From an uncultured delta proteobacterium (lineage in GTDB: Bacteria > Desulfobacterota > BSN033 > UBA1163), in assembly GCA_963827685.1 (NCBI GenBank), contig CAWHBU010000009.1, forward strand, positions 3,357-67,356: a stretch of 64,000 nt of DNA, written 5' to 3'. The stretch's first letter is position 1. Each line of letters opens with the position of its first letter. Positions 53,857 to 61,646 of this stretch are shown here, piece after piece. The translations under genes and the position numbers were made by a program. The notes below the pieces were generated by a model. The model was not told the DNA's origin. It saw nothing but the letters and a program-made list of their open reading frames with translations, and ran no database searches.

Positions 53857-54717
53857 CTATCCGCGACCCCCCAATATTCCTTTAGGTCTAAAAAGAAGAA
53901 TAGCAATCATAATCCCAAAAATCGCTATGTCGCTAAAGACGGAAGAAAAATATTGTGTTGAAAGCACTTGGGCGCCTGCCATGATGAACGACCCCAGAAC
54001 GGCTCCGGAGAGGTTACCCATTCCACCAAAGATAACTGCCGCAAAAGCTATCAACAACGGTGTCATTCCCATGGCCGGGTAAACAAAACTAACTGGAGCC
54101 ATTAGTGCGCCCGCTACGCCAGCTAACCCAGTGCTAATCATAAAGGCAAGTAGAGACATTTGATTCACATTTATCCCGACCATGAGCGCTAGCTCCTTAT
54201 TCTGGGACATTGCATCTAAGCTCATACCTGTTCTTGTTCTCTTGATAAAATACTGCAAAATAGCCATAACTAAAAATGTGCCCAAAATGAGCAATAACCG
54301 CTGTCCCCCGATTGTAACACCATAACAATCCAATATTCTCTTCCAGGGTGCTTCCACCTCTTTATAATCTGCCCCAAAAAAAATAACGATCAGGCCCTCG
54401 ATCGCCATCAAAACTCCTAAAGCGACTACAAAGGAATTAACATGAGGTGCATTGCGCACCGGTCTAAAACACACCCTCTCAATCACCAATCCCACAGCGC
54501 CCATGATGAGGATGGTTGCTAAAAAAACAAACCAATAATTTATCCTAAATAGGGACCCCAAAAGGAAAACCACGTATGCTCCTGCCATGTATAGGTTGCC
54601 CTGTGCAAAATTCGGGACGTGCATTATTCCATAAACAAGGGTAAGCCCTGAGGCTACAAGGCAATATATACTCCCCAGAACCAACACATTAAGCACCTGT
54701 TGAAGTAACTCCGCCAT
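53857..54717 (-). CDS. livH: LivH-like ABC permease
   Basis: 286 aa: GSIYCLVASGLTLVYGIMHVPNFAQGNL. Confidence 0.85.
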   Translation of the reverse strand: MAELLQQVLNVLVLGSIYCLVASGLTLVYGIMHVPNFAQGNLYMAGAYVVFLLGSLFRINYWFVFLATILIMGAVGLVIERVCFRPVRNAPHVNSFVVALGVLMAIEGLIVIFFGADYKEVEAPWKRILDCYGVTIGGQRLLLILGTFLVMAILQYFIKRTRTGMSLDAMSQNKELALMVGINVNQMSLLAFMISTGLAGVAGALMAPVSFVYPAMGMTPLLIAFAAVIFGGMGNLSGAVLGSFIMAGAQVLSTQYFSSVFSDIAIFGIMIAILLFRPKGILGGRG

Positions 54718-54860
54718 ATCCCTCTGCCCGCCTACTTCATTGTTTTGCTTCTATTAGCCTGCCGAATCCATCCCATCATTTATTCGACGCCAAAGATTCT
54801 CGGCAGGTTTGTCTGTCAGATATTCAGCAATATATTAGAGAGTGTCTTTGTTATAACCTG

Positions 54861-56666
54861 TCAGTCGGAAAACAGATCGGGCGTTATTTCAGCCGTCAAT
54901 CCATCGCTATGCAGCAACCGGGTGGCCAAGCCTTGAATCTTCGGAAGTTCATACTCAAAGAAAAAACGGAAGGCGAAGAATTTACCGTTATAAAAATTTG
55001 CCTCTGCCCCAGCCGGGCTATTCCTCAGGGCCTTCACCACGGCTGTAGCCTGGAGAAGCCATTGCCAGGCCACACTGATGATTCCAAAGAACTCTAAGTA
55101 GAGTGTGGCGTCAGCCAAAAAGACTTCAGGCGTTTCCTTTTTCTGCACCTCCATCAGATAGGCGGTCACCTGTTGAAGCGTTTCCAGCGCCTGTTTGAGT
55201 TTCTGCACGTATGACTCGAGCTCTTCAAATTTTTCCGCTTGACGAATTGTTTTTCGCACTTCCTCCAGATAGAGTTTGTAAGCCTTCCCGCCCTTCATGA
55301 TGACCTTTCGACCCAGAAGGTCTAATCCCTGTATCCCCGTGGTGCCCTCATGGATCGGATGAATCCGTGCGTCCCGATAATATTGTTCTAAAGGATAGTC
55401 ATCGCAGTAGCCCGACCCGCCCAGACATTGTACCCCCTGGCTAATTGAAAGCACACCCATTTCCGATGGATAGCTCTTGGCAACCGGAGTCAGGAGGTCT
55501 AATAAGAGCTCATTCTTTTCCTTTTCTTCTCCAGTGAGAACGATGGTGAGATCGGCATATTTCGCACTTTGCATCAGCAAAGAGAGAGCGCCCTCTGTCA
55601 CGGAACGTTGAAAAAGCAACATGCGCTTCACATCAGGGTGTTCGATGAGAGGAATTTGGGGGAGGGTGGGATCCTTGGTCGACAATTTTCTGCCCTGAAG
55701 TCGCGTTTTGGTGTACTCCAAGGCCGCATAATAGGCGGCCGAAGCAATGGCTGCGGCCCCTGCTCCTACTCCGATTCGTGCCTCGTTCATCATCTGAAAC
55801 ATAAGAAGGAGTCCTTGATGGGGTTCACCCACTAAGTAGCCCCGGCAGTCGTCGCTGTCCCCCATACTGAGTTGAGCAATGGGACATCCTCGATAACCGA
55901 GCTTGTGAAAAACTCCGGAGGTGACCACGTCGTTGGAAACCAATTGGCCTTTCTCGTCCATTCGCTTTTTGGGTACGACGAAAAGCGAAATGCCCTTTAC
56001 GCCGGCAGGGGCGCCTTGAATCTTGGCCAGCATGAGATGAACCACATTTTCAACCCCGTTGTGGTCTCCAGCCGATATAAATATCTTTTGACCCTTGATT
56101 TTATAGTAGCCGTGATCCGTAGGCTCAGCCATCGTTGTAATGTCGGCGAGCGAACTTCCCGCTTCGGGTTCGGTTAAGGCCATGGTTCCCTGCCACGTTC
56201 CAGCAAGCATCTTGGGAAGATAGGTTTTCTTCAGGTCCTCCTTTCCAAAGTTTAGAATGAGACGGGCGGCTCCTGTTGTCAATCCAGTATAGGCAGCCGC
56301 TGAATAATTGGCTGCACAAAAAATGAATCTGGAACCCATGGTGATCATTTGAGGAAGCTGCTGTCCTCCCCACTCAAAAGGGATGTCATCACCAATCCAG
56401 CCCCCTGTGCCGCTTTCCTCTAAAAGCTTTCTCACCGAGGAGTGAACTTTGATCTGATCGCCAACCAATTCCGGTGGATTCTTGTCCATTTCCTGACAGA
56501 TAGGCCAAAGAAGCCCCCCGGCCAGTTCCATCGCTGCCTTTAGGACCATATCAAGCATTTTGCCATCGTATTCTTTATAGTAATCGTATTGGGTCAGCGA
56601 CGCGACATCAAAGACTTCATGAAGTAAAAACTTCAAATTCCTTTCACTGATAAACTTGGATGCCAT
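54861..56666 (-). CDS. Long acyl-CoA dehydrogenase with a C-terminal extension domain
   Basis: 601 aa. It has an ACAD N-terminal, middle and C-terminal architecture (MALTEPEAGSSLADI, YYRDARIHPIHEGTTGIQ) plus a tail of about 150 aa. Confidence 0.85.
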   Translation of the reverse strand: MASKFISERNLKFLLHEVFDVASLTQYDYYKEYDGKMLDMVLKAAMELAGGLLWPICQEMDKNPPELVGDQIKVHSSVRKLLEESGTGGWIGDDIPFEWGGQQLPQMITMGSRFIFCAANYSAAAYTGLTTGAARLILNFGKEDLKKTYLPKMLAGTWQGTMALTEPEAGSSLADITTMAEPTDHGYYKIKGQKIFISAGDHNGVENVVHLMLAKIQGAPAGVKGISLFVVPKKRMDEKGQLVSNDVVTSGVFHKLGYRGCPIAQLSMGDSDDCRGYLVGEPHQGLLLMFQMMNEARIGVGAGAAAIASAAYYAALEYTKTRLQGRKLSTKDPTLPQIPLIEHPDVKRMLLFQRSVTEGALSLLMQSAKYADLTIVLTGEEKEKNELLLDLLTPVAKSYPSEMGVLSISQGVQCLGGSGYCDDYPLEQYYRDARIHPIHEGTTGIQGLDLLGRKVIMKGGKAYKLYLEEVRKTIRQAEKFEELESYVQKLKQALETLQQVTAYLMEVQKKETPEVFLADATLYLEFFGIISVAWQWLLQATAVVKALRNSPAGAEANFYNGKFFAFRFFFEYELPKIQGLATRLLHSDGLTAEITPDLFSD

Positions 56667-56813
56667 CTTCGTATCCTCCTGTCTCTAAAGGGCTAAATCA
56701 ACTCTACGACTATGCTTTGTAACCTTATCCTGAGCCGTTAGCAAGTGCCTGGTACTGCTCCGTTAAGTAAGTATGATGAATCGTCGCAAATGATCATTCT
56801 CTCTTTTTTACTC

Positions 56814-56921
56814 TTAACCAAAAGGAATATCCGAACCGAAAAGGATTCTCTCATGCCCGATGGTGTCCATAAACTTCATCACTGTATTGAAGCTCGCCCG
56901 GGCTGTATCGAGGTAACTCAT
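56814..56921 (-). pseudogene. Amidohydrolase-2 (TIM-barrel metal hydrolase) C-terminal remnant
   Basis: The 36-codon frame is MSYLDTARASFNTVMKFMDTIGHERILFGSDIPFG*. The ...YxDT...G.ERILFGSD.P pattern is the conserved C-terminus of PF04909-type amidohydrolases. No upstream part exists. Confidence 0.45.
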
Positions 56922-56958
56922 TAAGCGCACTTTCCATATTGAGAGGACATTGATTCCC

Positions 56959-56986
56959 AAAGGTAATTTTACAAAGGTAATTTTAC
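56959..56986 (+). promoter_or_regulatory. Perfect tandem direct repeat, 2 x AAAGGTAATTTTAC, abutting a -35 box
   Basis: Read directly from the sequence. It ends 1 nt before TTGCAT. This is a candidate binding site for a direct-repeat-recognising regulator. Confidence 0.5.
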
Positions 56987-57015
56987 TTGCATTGCTTCAT
57001 ATTTTTTGATACGAT
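56987..57015 (+). promoter_or_regulatory. Candidate promoter: TTGCAT, 17-nt spacer, TG-n-TACGAT (extended -10)
   Basis: -35 at 56987-56992 and -10 at 57010-57015, with TG at 57007-57008. Confidence 0.5.
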
Positions 57016-57021
57016 GCACCC

Positions 57022-57297
57022 TCAAATCATATAAGACTGACATTGGGAGACAGAGAATCCAACAAGACCTCGATGAGGATGGCCCTGGTGGAGGCTGGCA
57101 AGGAAGGGGGAATTTTAGCAGGAGCCTTTTCTTAAAAGGAGATCAGGTGCCGGAACAGAGCATATTCGCTGCATGGAGACCAGCGATCTGCTACTCACGG
57201 GGAGGTCCTCGTTCTCCGAAAAGGAGGAGAGAGAATTCAGTTGAATAAGGTTTTTGAATAGCCCGAGCCCTCTGATTAAGTCATGACTCGGGTTTTT
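57022..57297 (+). ncRNA. Candidate structured ncRNA or cis-regulatory leader of about 275 nt; class unknown
   Basis: It is bounded by the promoter above and by a hairpin CCCGAG...CTCGGG plus TTTTT (57262-57297). Long-range pairings are GGAGA (57046-50) with TCTCC (57212-16) and GACCTC (57066-71) with GAGGTC (57201-06). A local hairpin CCTTTT-CTT-AAAAGG is also present. No convincing protein-coding frame was found. Confidence 0.35.
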
Positions 57298-57394
57298 CTA
57301 CTAAAGAGGAGGGGCTGGAGACGGCAACGAAACTGATATTGATATTGAAGCTGTATGTGAGCGGGGAGACGGTGCGGCCTCGCAAAAAGCAATC

Positions 57395-57532
57395 ATGGAT
57401 TTAGAAAGGATACTGAACGAAGAGGAGAGTTTAAGAGGCAGTGTAAAAACGGCAGTGAATCGAAAACTCGCAATGCTTGAGCTAAAAGAGAAGATGAAAA
57501 GGCTGGAGATGAAATTAGGAGAGGAGTCTTGA
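57395..57532 (+). CDS. Possible small coiled-coil protein (45 aa), translationally coupled to the kinase
   Basis: MDLERILNEEESLRGSVKTAVNRKLAMLELKEKMKRLEMKLGEES. Its TGA overlaps the kinase TTG start (TTGA). There is no good Shine-Dalgarno sequence for its own ATG, and the frame is open upstream to 57305 without a canonical start. Confidence 0.3.
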   Translation: MDLERILNEEESLRGSVKTAVNRKLAMLELKEKMKRLEMKLGEES

Positions 57533-59433
57533 GGTTAAGACTTAAGATTCGGTATAAGGTTGCGTTCATTTTTTGTTTGCCCGCCCTCATTCTTGTTTGT
57601 GTTGGAGAAATCATCGGCTATTTCTGGGGATATCATCCTTTACGAAATACCATTTTGGTTTCGGCTATTTTGTTTGCGTTCTTGCTGCCCATCGCCTTTA
57701 TTTCCGGAGGGATTCTTGTCAAGTCGATCGAGAAACTGCGTCAGGCCACGGAAGAAATTGCCAGGGGCAATCTCGATTGCCCGATAGACATTAAGAGCGG
57801 CGATGAGATGGAACAGCTCGCGGATTCCTTTAACGAGATGATTGCAACGATCAAGGAAAACCGGGGGCAAATCGCAGAACGATCTGCTCCGCTTAAGAAG
57901 CCCATCCCAGTGCGGTATCAGAAAATCCTTAAGACTTCCGCAAAGGCGACTTTAAATGTTTTGGAAGATTTGTTAAAGGCAAAAGACGACCTGGAGTTAA
58001 GCCAGCAAAGCTTTCATAGTATTGTAGAAAAAAGCGCTGACGCCATTATCATTGTGGACCGAAATGGATTGGTGTGCTATGTGAATCCCGCTGCGGAAAG
58101 TATCTTTGGGCGCAATCAAGAAGACCTTATCGACGATCCGTTCGGCATACCGTTGAATCACGACAGGACAGAGATCGGTATCTTCCGTTTAAAAGGAGGA
58201 CGAGGGACGGGTGAGATGACGGTAACTGAAACGACCTGGTTGGGCGAAAAGGCTGACCTGGTAACGATCCACGACATCACCGAGAGAAAGAGTGCAGAGG
58301 AAAAACTGATAAAATTAGACCAGTTAAAAACGGACTTTGTCTCTACCGTTTCCCATGAACTGCGTACGCCCTTGACGATCATGGGAGAGTACGCCTCCAT
58401 CATTTCCGATGAAATACCGGGCAAGCTCAACTCGGAACAGAGGGAATACCTGTCCATTATCGAAGGCAATATCGATCGCTTGAGCGGAATCATCGAAGAC
58501 CTCTTGGATATTTCTAGGATTGAAGCCGAGAAGGTGGTATTAAAAAGGGAATTTGTGGATCTGGCCTCCATCATCAACGATGTGGTCACTCAATTCAAGC
58601 CGAAAGCAGTTGAAAAACAGATTGAATTTAAAACCGTATTCCCTGCGTCCTTGCCGCCGCTCTATATCGATGCCGACAGGATAAGGCAGGTCTTTACAAA
58701 TTTAATCGGAAATGCCATCAAATTTACACCGACAAACGGTAAGATTATCGCTGAGATTATCGACAACGAAAAGGAATTCGAATGTCGTGTCACCGATACG
58801 GGGATCGGGATTGCGCCGGAGAATCTGGACAAAGTATTCACGCGATTTGAGCAGTTTTCGCGGATGGAGGGGTCGGGAGCCAAGGGGACGGGCTTAGGAT
58901 TGGCCATCACGGAAGCATTAATTCAACTGCATCATGGCAGAATCTGGGTGGAATCAGAGCCTAATAAAGGCAGCAAATTTATCTTTACGCTGCCTAAATA
59001 CAGCCCTGCAGCACTGCTCCATGAACATGTCATGAACAGTATCAAAGAGGCAGCAACAAGTGCTTTGGCAATGACTCTTTTTAATATATCCCTTGCCGAC
59101 CCAAGCAAATTGAAAGAAGAATTTTCCCAGGAGAGGCTCGATTCCATTTTAAAAGAAATCGAAGGGCTGCTGCGGAAAAGCCTGCGCGGGAGAGGGGATA
59201 TTGTCCTGAGGGATTCAAGTGGATTGGTATATTTCCTGGTTAATTGTGACAAAGAGGATGCTTTGAAAGTGGAGAGTCGGTTAAGACAGAAATTGTCCGA
59301 TTATCTGGTCGGCCAGGGACTGGCTGAGAAGGTAAAATTACATTTTGGCCGCGCCACCTACCCAGATGACGCGACCAGTGCGGAAGAATTGATGAAGAAG
59401 GCGAGACCCGAGGTTGATACTTCAAAGACATGA
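57529..59433 (+). CDS. Membrane sensor histidine kinase (2 TM, HAMP, PAS, HisKA, HATPase) with a C-terminal degenerate GGDEF-like domain
   Basis: The start is TTG with AGGAG 7 nt upstream. The H-box is SHELRTPLT, and the N/G boxes are NLIGNAIKF and DTGIGI...GTGLGLAI. The C-terminal 140 aa align to a GGDEF domain with DSSGL in place of GGDEF, and they end with FGRATYPDDATSAEELMKKA. Confidence 0.8.
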   Translation: MRLRLKIRYKVAFIFCLPALILVCVGEIIGYFWGYHPLRNTILVSAILFAFLLPIAFISGGILVKSIEKLRQATEEIARGNLDCPIDIKSGDEMEQLADSFNEMIATIKENRGQIAERSAPLKKPIPVRYQKILKTSAKATLNVLEDLLKAKDDLELSQQSFHSIVEKSADAIIIVDRNGLVCYVNPAAESIFGRNQEDLIDDPFGIPLNHDRTEIGIFRLKGGRGTGEMTVTETTWLGEKADLVTIHDITERKSAEEKLIKLDQLKTDFVSTVSHELRTPLTIMGEYASIISDEIPGKLNSEQREYLSIIEGNIDRLSGIIEDLLDISRIEAEKVVLKREFVDLASIINDVVTQFKPKAVEKQIEFKTVFPASLPPLYIDADRIRQVFTNLIGNAIKFTPTNGKIIAEIIDNEKEFECRVTDTGIGIAPENLDKVFTRFEQFSRMEGSGAKGTGLGLAITEALIQLHHGRIWVESEPNKGSKFIFTLPKYSPAALLHEHVMNSIKEAATSALAMTLFNISLADPSKLKEEFSQERLDSILKEIEGLLRKSLRGRGDIVLRDSSGLVYFLVNCDKEDALKVESRLRQKLSDYLVGQGLAEKVKLHFGRATYPDDATSAEELMKKARPEVDTSKT

Positions 59434-59480
59434 GGCGATGAGGACTAAATCTGCAATGGCCTCTTAAAAAGGGAGATGAA

Positions 59481-59873
59481 ATGATGACCAAGAAGAAGAT
59501 TTTGGTTGTAGAAGACGAAGCTGAATTAACCAGAGCCCTTCAGATTAGGCTGGAGCAGGCCGGTTACGAAGTCCTGATCGCTTATGATGGCAAAGAGGCA
59601 TTGGAAAAAGCGAGAGGAGAAAATCCTGACTTGATTGTATTGGACCTGATGCTACCCAAAATAGACGGCTACAAGGTTTGCCGGATGCTCAAATTTGATG
59701 AAAAGTATAAGAAAATTCCCGTTGTGATGCTTACAGCCCGCGCTCAAGAAAAGGATGAAAGCCTCGGCTATGAAGTAGGAGCGGATGTTTTTATCACGAA
59801 GCCTTTCAAATATCAAGTGCTCCTAACCAAGATAAGAGAATTACTTGGAGAGGGTATTTCAAAAACTCCATAG
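59481..59873 (+). CDS. Single-domain response regulator, CheY-like receiver
   Basis: 130 aa: KKILVVEDEAEL...PDLIVLDLMLPKIDG...VVMLTAR...KPF. Confidence 0.9.
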   Translation: MMTKKKILVVEDEAELTRALQIRLEQAGYEVLIAYDGKEALEKARGENPDLIVLDLMLPKIDGYKVCRMLKFDEKYKKIPVVMLTARAQEKDESLGYEVGADVFITKPFKYQVLLTKIRELLGEGISKTP

Positions 59874-59907
59874 CAGCAGACTCATTGAGATGTCCCTCGA
59901 TTGATAT

Positions 59908-60747
59908 TTACTCAATCAGACTTCGGATCACCTTCATATTTTTCAGGTCTTCGATGGTATCTTTCCTCGGGGTCTCCATGATGCCGGGGAGGTGCCTTAA
60001 CAAAGGATGGTTGACCAGATTTCTAAATCCTTCCAGCCCGATATATCCTTCACCAATATGCCAATGTCGGTCTTTTTTCGATCCCAAAGGAGTCTTTGAA
60101 TCGTTGAGATGAAGAAGATGGAGTCGTTTCAGGCCGATCGTTTGATCGAATTTTTCAAGGGTCCTCTCGATTCCATCTTGATTCGAGAGATCATAGCCTG
60201 CCTCAAAAGAATGGGCGGTGTCGAGGCAGACCCCCATTCTTTGATGGTCGTGAACTCCTTCGATGATTTTTTTGATCTGATCAAAAGCATATCCAATCTC
60301 CGTCCCCTGTCCTGCTGTGTTCTCCATCAGGAGAATGACCGCATTCTTCACCTTTTCAAAGGCCTGATCAATCCCTTGTGAGACGGCCTCAATGGCTTGA
60401 TCTTCCGAGGATTCCATCCGATGACCGATATGAATGATCAGGTATTGGGCTCCCAGTTGCTCTGCCCTTTGAAGATCTGTGGCGATGGAATCGATTGACC
60501 GTTTGTAGAATTTTGATTTAAAGGAAGCAATATTGGGGAGGTAGGGCATGTGGAGGAAGATTGGGAAGAGGTCAGAGGATTGAATGGATGACCGGAATGC
60601 TTCCACCTCCTTTTTATTCAGAGGAGAATATTTCCATCCCCTTGGGTTTCTGGAGAAGAACTGGATGGTTTCGCAGTCCCTGACATGGGCTCTTTCAACC
60701 ACCTTTGAAAACCCTCCGGCAATGGAAATATGGAACCCAAACCGCAT
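59908..60747 (-). CDS. nfo: Deoxyribonuclease IV (endonuclease IV)
   Basis: 279 aa: MRFGFHISIAGG..., with the AP endonuclease family 2 pattern (HLNDSK...G...DRH..IGEG.IG). Confidence 0.85.
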   Translation of the reverse strand: MRFGFHISIAGGFSKVVERAHVRDCETIQFFSRNPRGWKYSPLNKKEVEAFRSSIQSSDLFPIFLHMPYLPNIASFKSKFYKRSIDSIATDLQRAEQLGAQYLIIHIGHRMESSEDQAIEAVSQGIDQAFEKVKNAVILLMENTAGQGTEIGYAFDQIKKIIEGVHDHQRMGVCLDTAHSFEAGYDLSNQDGIERTLEKFDQTIGLKRLHLLHLNDSKTPLGSKKDRHWHIGEGYIGLEGFRNLVNHPLLRHLPGIMETPRKDTIEDLKNMKVIRSLIE

Positions 60748-61015
60748 CCGTAAAATCCTTGCGTGCGAAACAATTAAAAGTTAGAATAAATACTAAATAT
60801 AGGGGATGGTGGGTCGTTGTCAATAGTCATTTGCCCCTCTGTAAGCCTCAGGAGAAGTCACCCATTTTTTGCTTGACAAAAAAAGGGGGCTATCGTAGGA
60901 ATGTTACAAAAATTCCTTTTCCGGATTTCTTTGCACTCATCAAACAAAATTACCCAAGAACTTTTCGAAAGAAGTTTGTCTCGTTTAACCGATTGATATC
61001 CTTGCAGATGGGGAG

Positions 61016-61531
61016 GTGGGAACATTGGCCAAAGTTGAAAAAAAACCAAAGGGAACGAAAAACGTTATACGGTCTTCGGAGTTAGACCCCAAGTTCAAGT
61101 ATGAGGTGACAGGTCAACCCGGAGGAGAAAAACTGAAGGTCTGCTATGCCTGCGGAGTTTGCACCGCAGGGTGCCCTGTGAGCGAGGTTTCCGAAGACTT
61201 CGATCCAAGGAAGATCATTCGGATGGTCCTGATGGGGATGAAGGAAAGGGTGCTTTCCTCTGATTTCATCTGGTACTGTACCCAGTGCTTTACTTGTAGC
61301 GGACACTGCCCACAAAATGTCAAATTTACCGATATCATGCGGGTGCTGAGGGATATGGCAGTAAAGAAGGGATATGTTGATTCATCTTTTCTCCAAAAGG
61401 CAAAGGAACTGGATAGATTCTCCCAAAAGGTGAGGTATCGATTGATGAAATCGATTGTGGCCAAAAAGGGAAAACCTTTCACCCTTAACCCAGGAGAATT
61501 GCTGAGTCGGGTTGCCAAAGAGCTGGCATAA
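61016..61531 (+). CDS. HdrC-like 4Fe-4S dicluster protein
   Basis: 171 aa with CYACGVCTAGCP and CTQCFTCSGHCP. The start is GTG at 61016 or TTG at 61025, after GGGGAGGTGGG. Confidence 0.7.
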   Translation: MGTLAKVEKKPKGTKNVIRSSELDPKFKYEVTGQPGGEKLKVCYACGVCTAGCPVSEVSEDFDPRKIIRMVLMGMKERVLSSDFIWYCTQCFTCSGHCPQNVKFTDIMRVLRDMAVKKGYVDSSFLQKAKELDRFSQKVRYRLMKSIVAKKGKPFTLNPGELLSRVAKELA

Positions 61532-61646
61532 GAAACTTGAAATCACGTGACCGTGTTACGTATCTGGATTCCGAGGCAATTTCATCCTCCGCAGGCAGTG
61601 AGCCAGAGGAAGTTTCTACAGTTCGAATAGAAAGGGAATGGGGACC

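Noticed and set aside
57022-57297. Identity of the candidate RNA as SRP RNA, 6S RNA, RNase P RNA, tmRNA, or a cobalamin, Moco or other known riboswitch
   Set aside because: I could not find the conserved cores by eye. These include GGAAGCAGCC of SRP, GAGGAAAGUCCGGGC of RNase P, a tRNA-like 3' end, and the B12 box GCCACTG. The class is left open pending a covariance-model search.
57315-57404. KaiB/SasA-N-like remnant: the frame reads ...LILKLYVSGETVRPRKK... and the next frame reads ASQKAIMDLERILNEE
   Set aside because: The resemblance to the KaiB beta1-alpha1 segment (LKLYVAG.T..S..A...L..I) covers fewer than 30 residues and needs a frameshift. The rest of the fold, including the ATPTL region, is absent in all frames. 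This is too weak to call, though it is noted in the kinase finding as possible gene decay.
60873-60902. TTGACA-17-TAGGAA as the promoter for the hdr genes
   Set aside because: The -35 is perfect, but the -10 matches only 3 of 6 positions. The site lies 115-145 nt from the start codon with nothing else to support it, so it is not listed as a feature.
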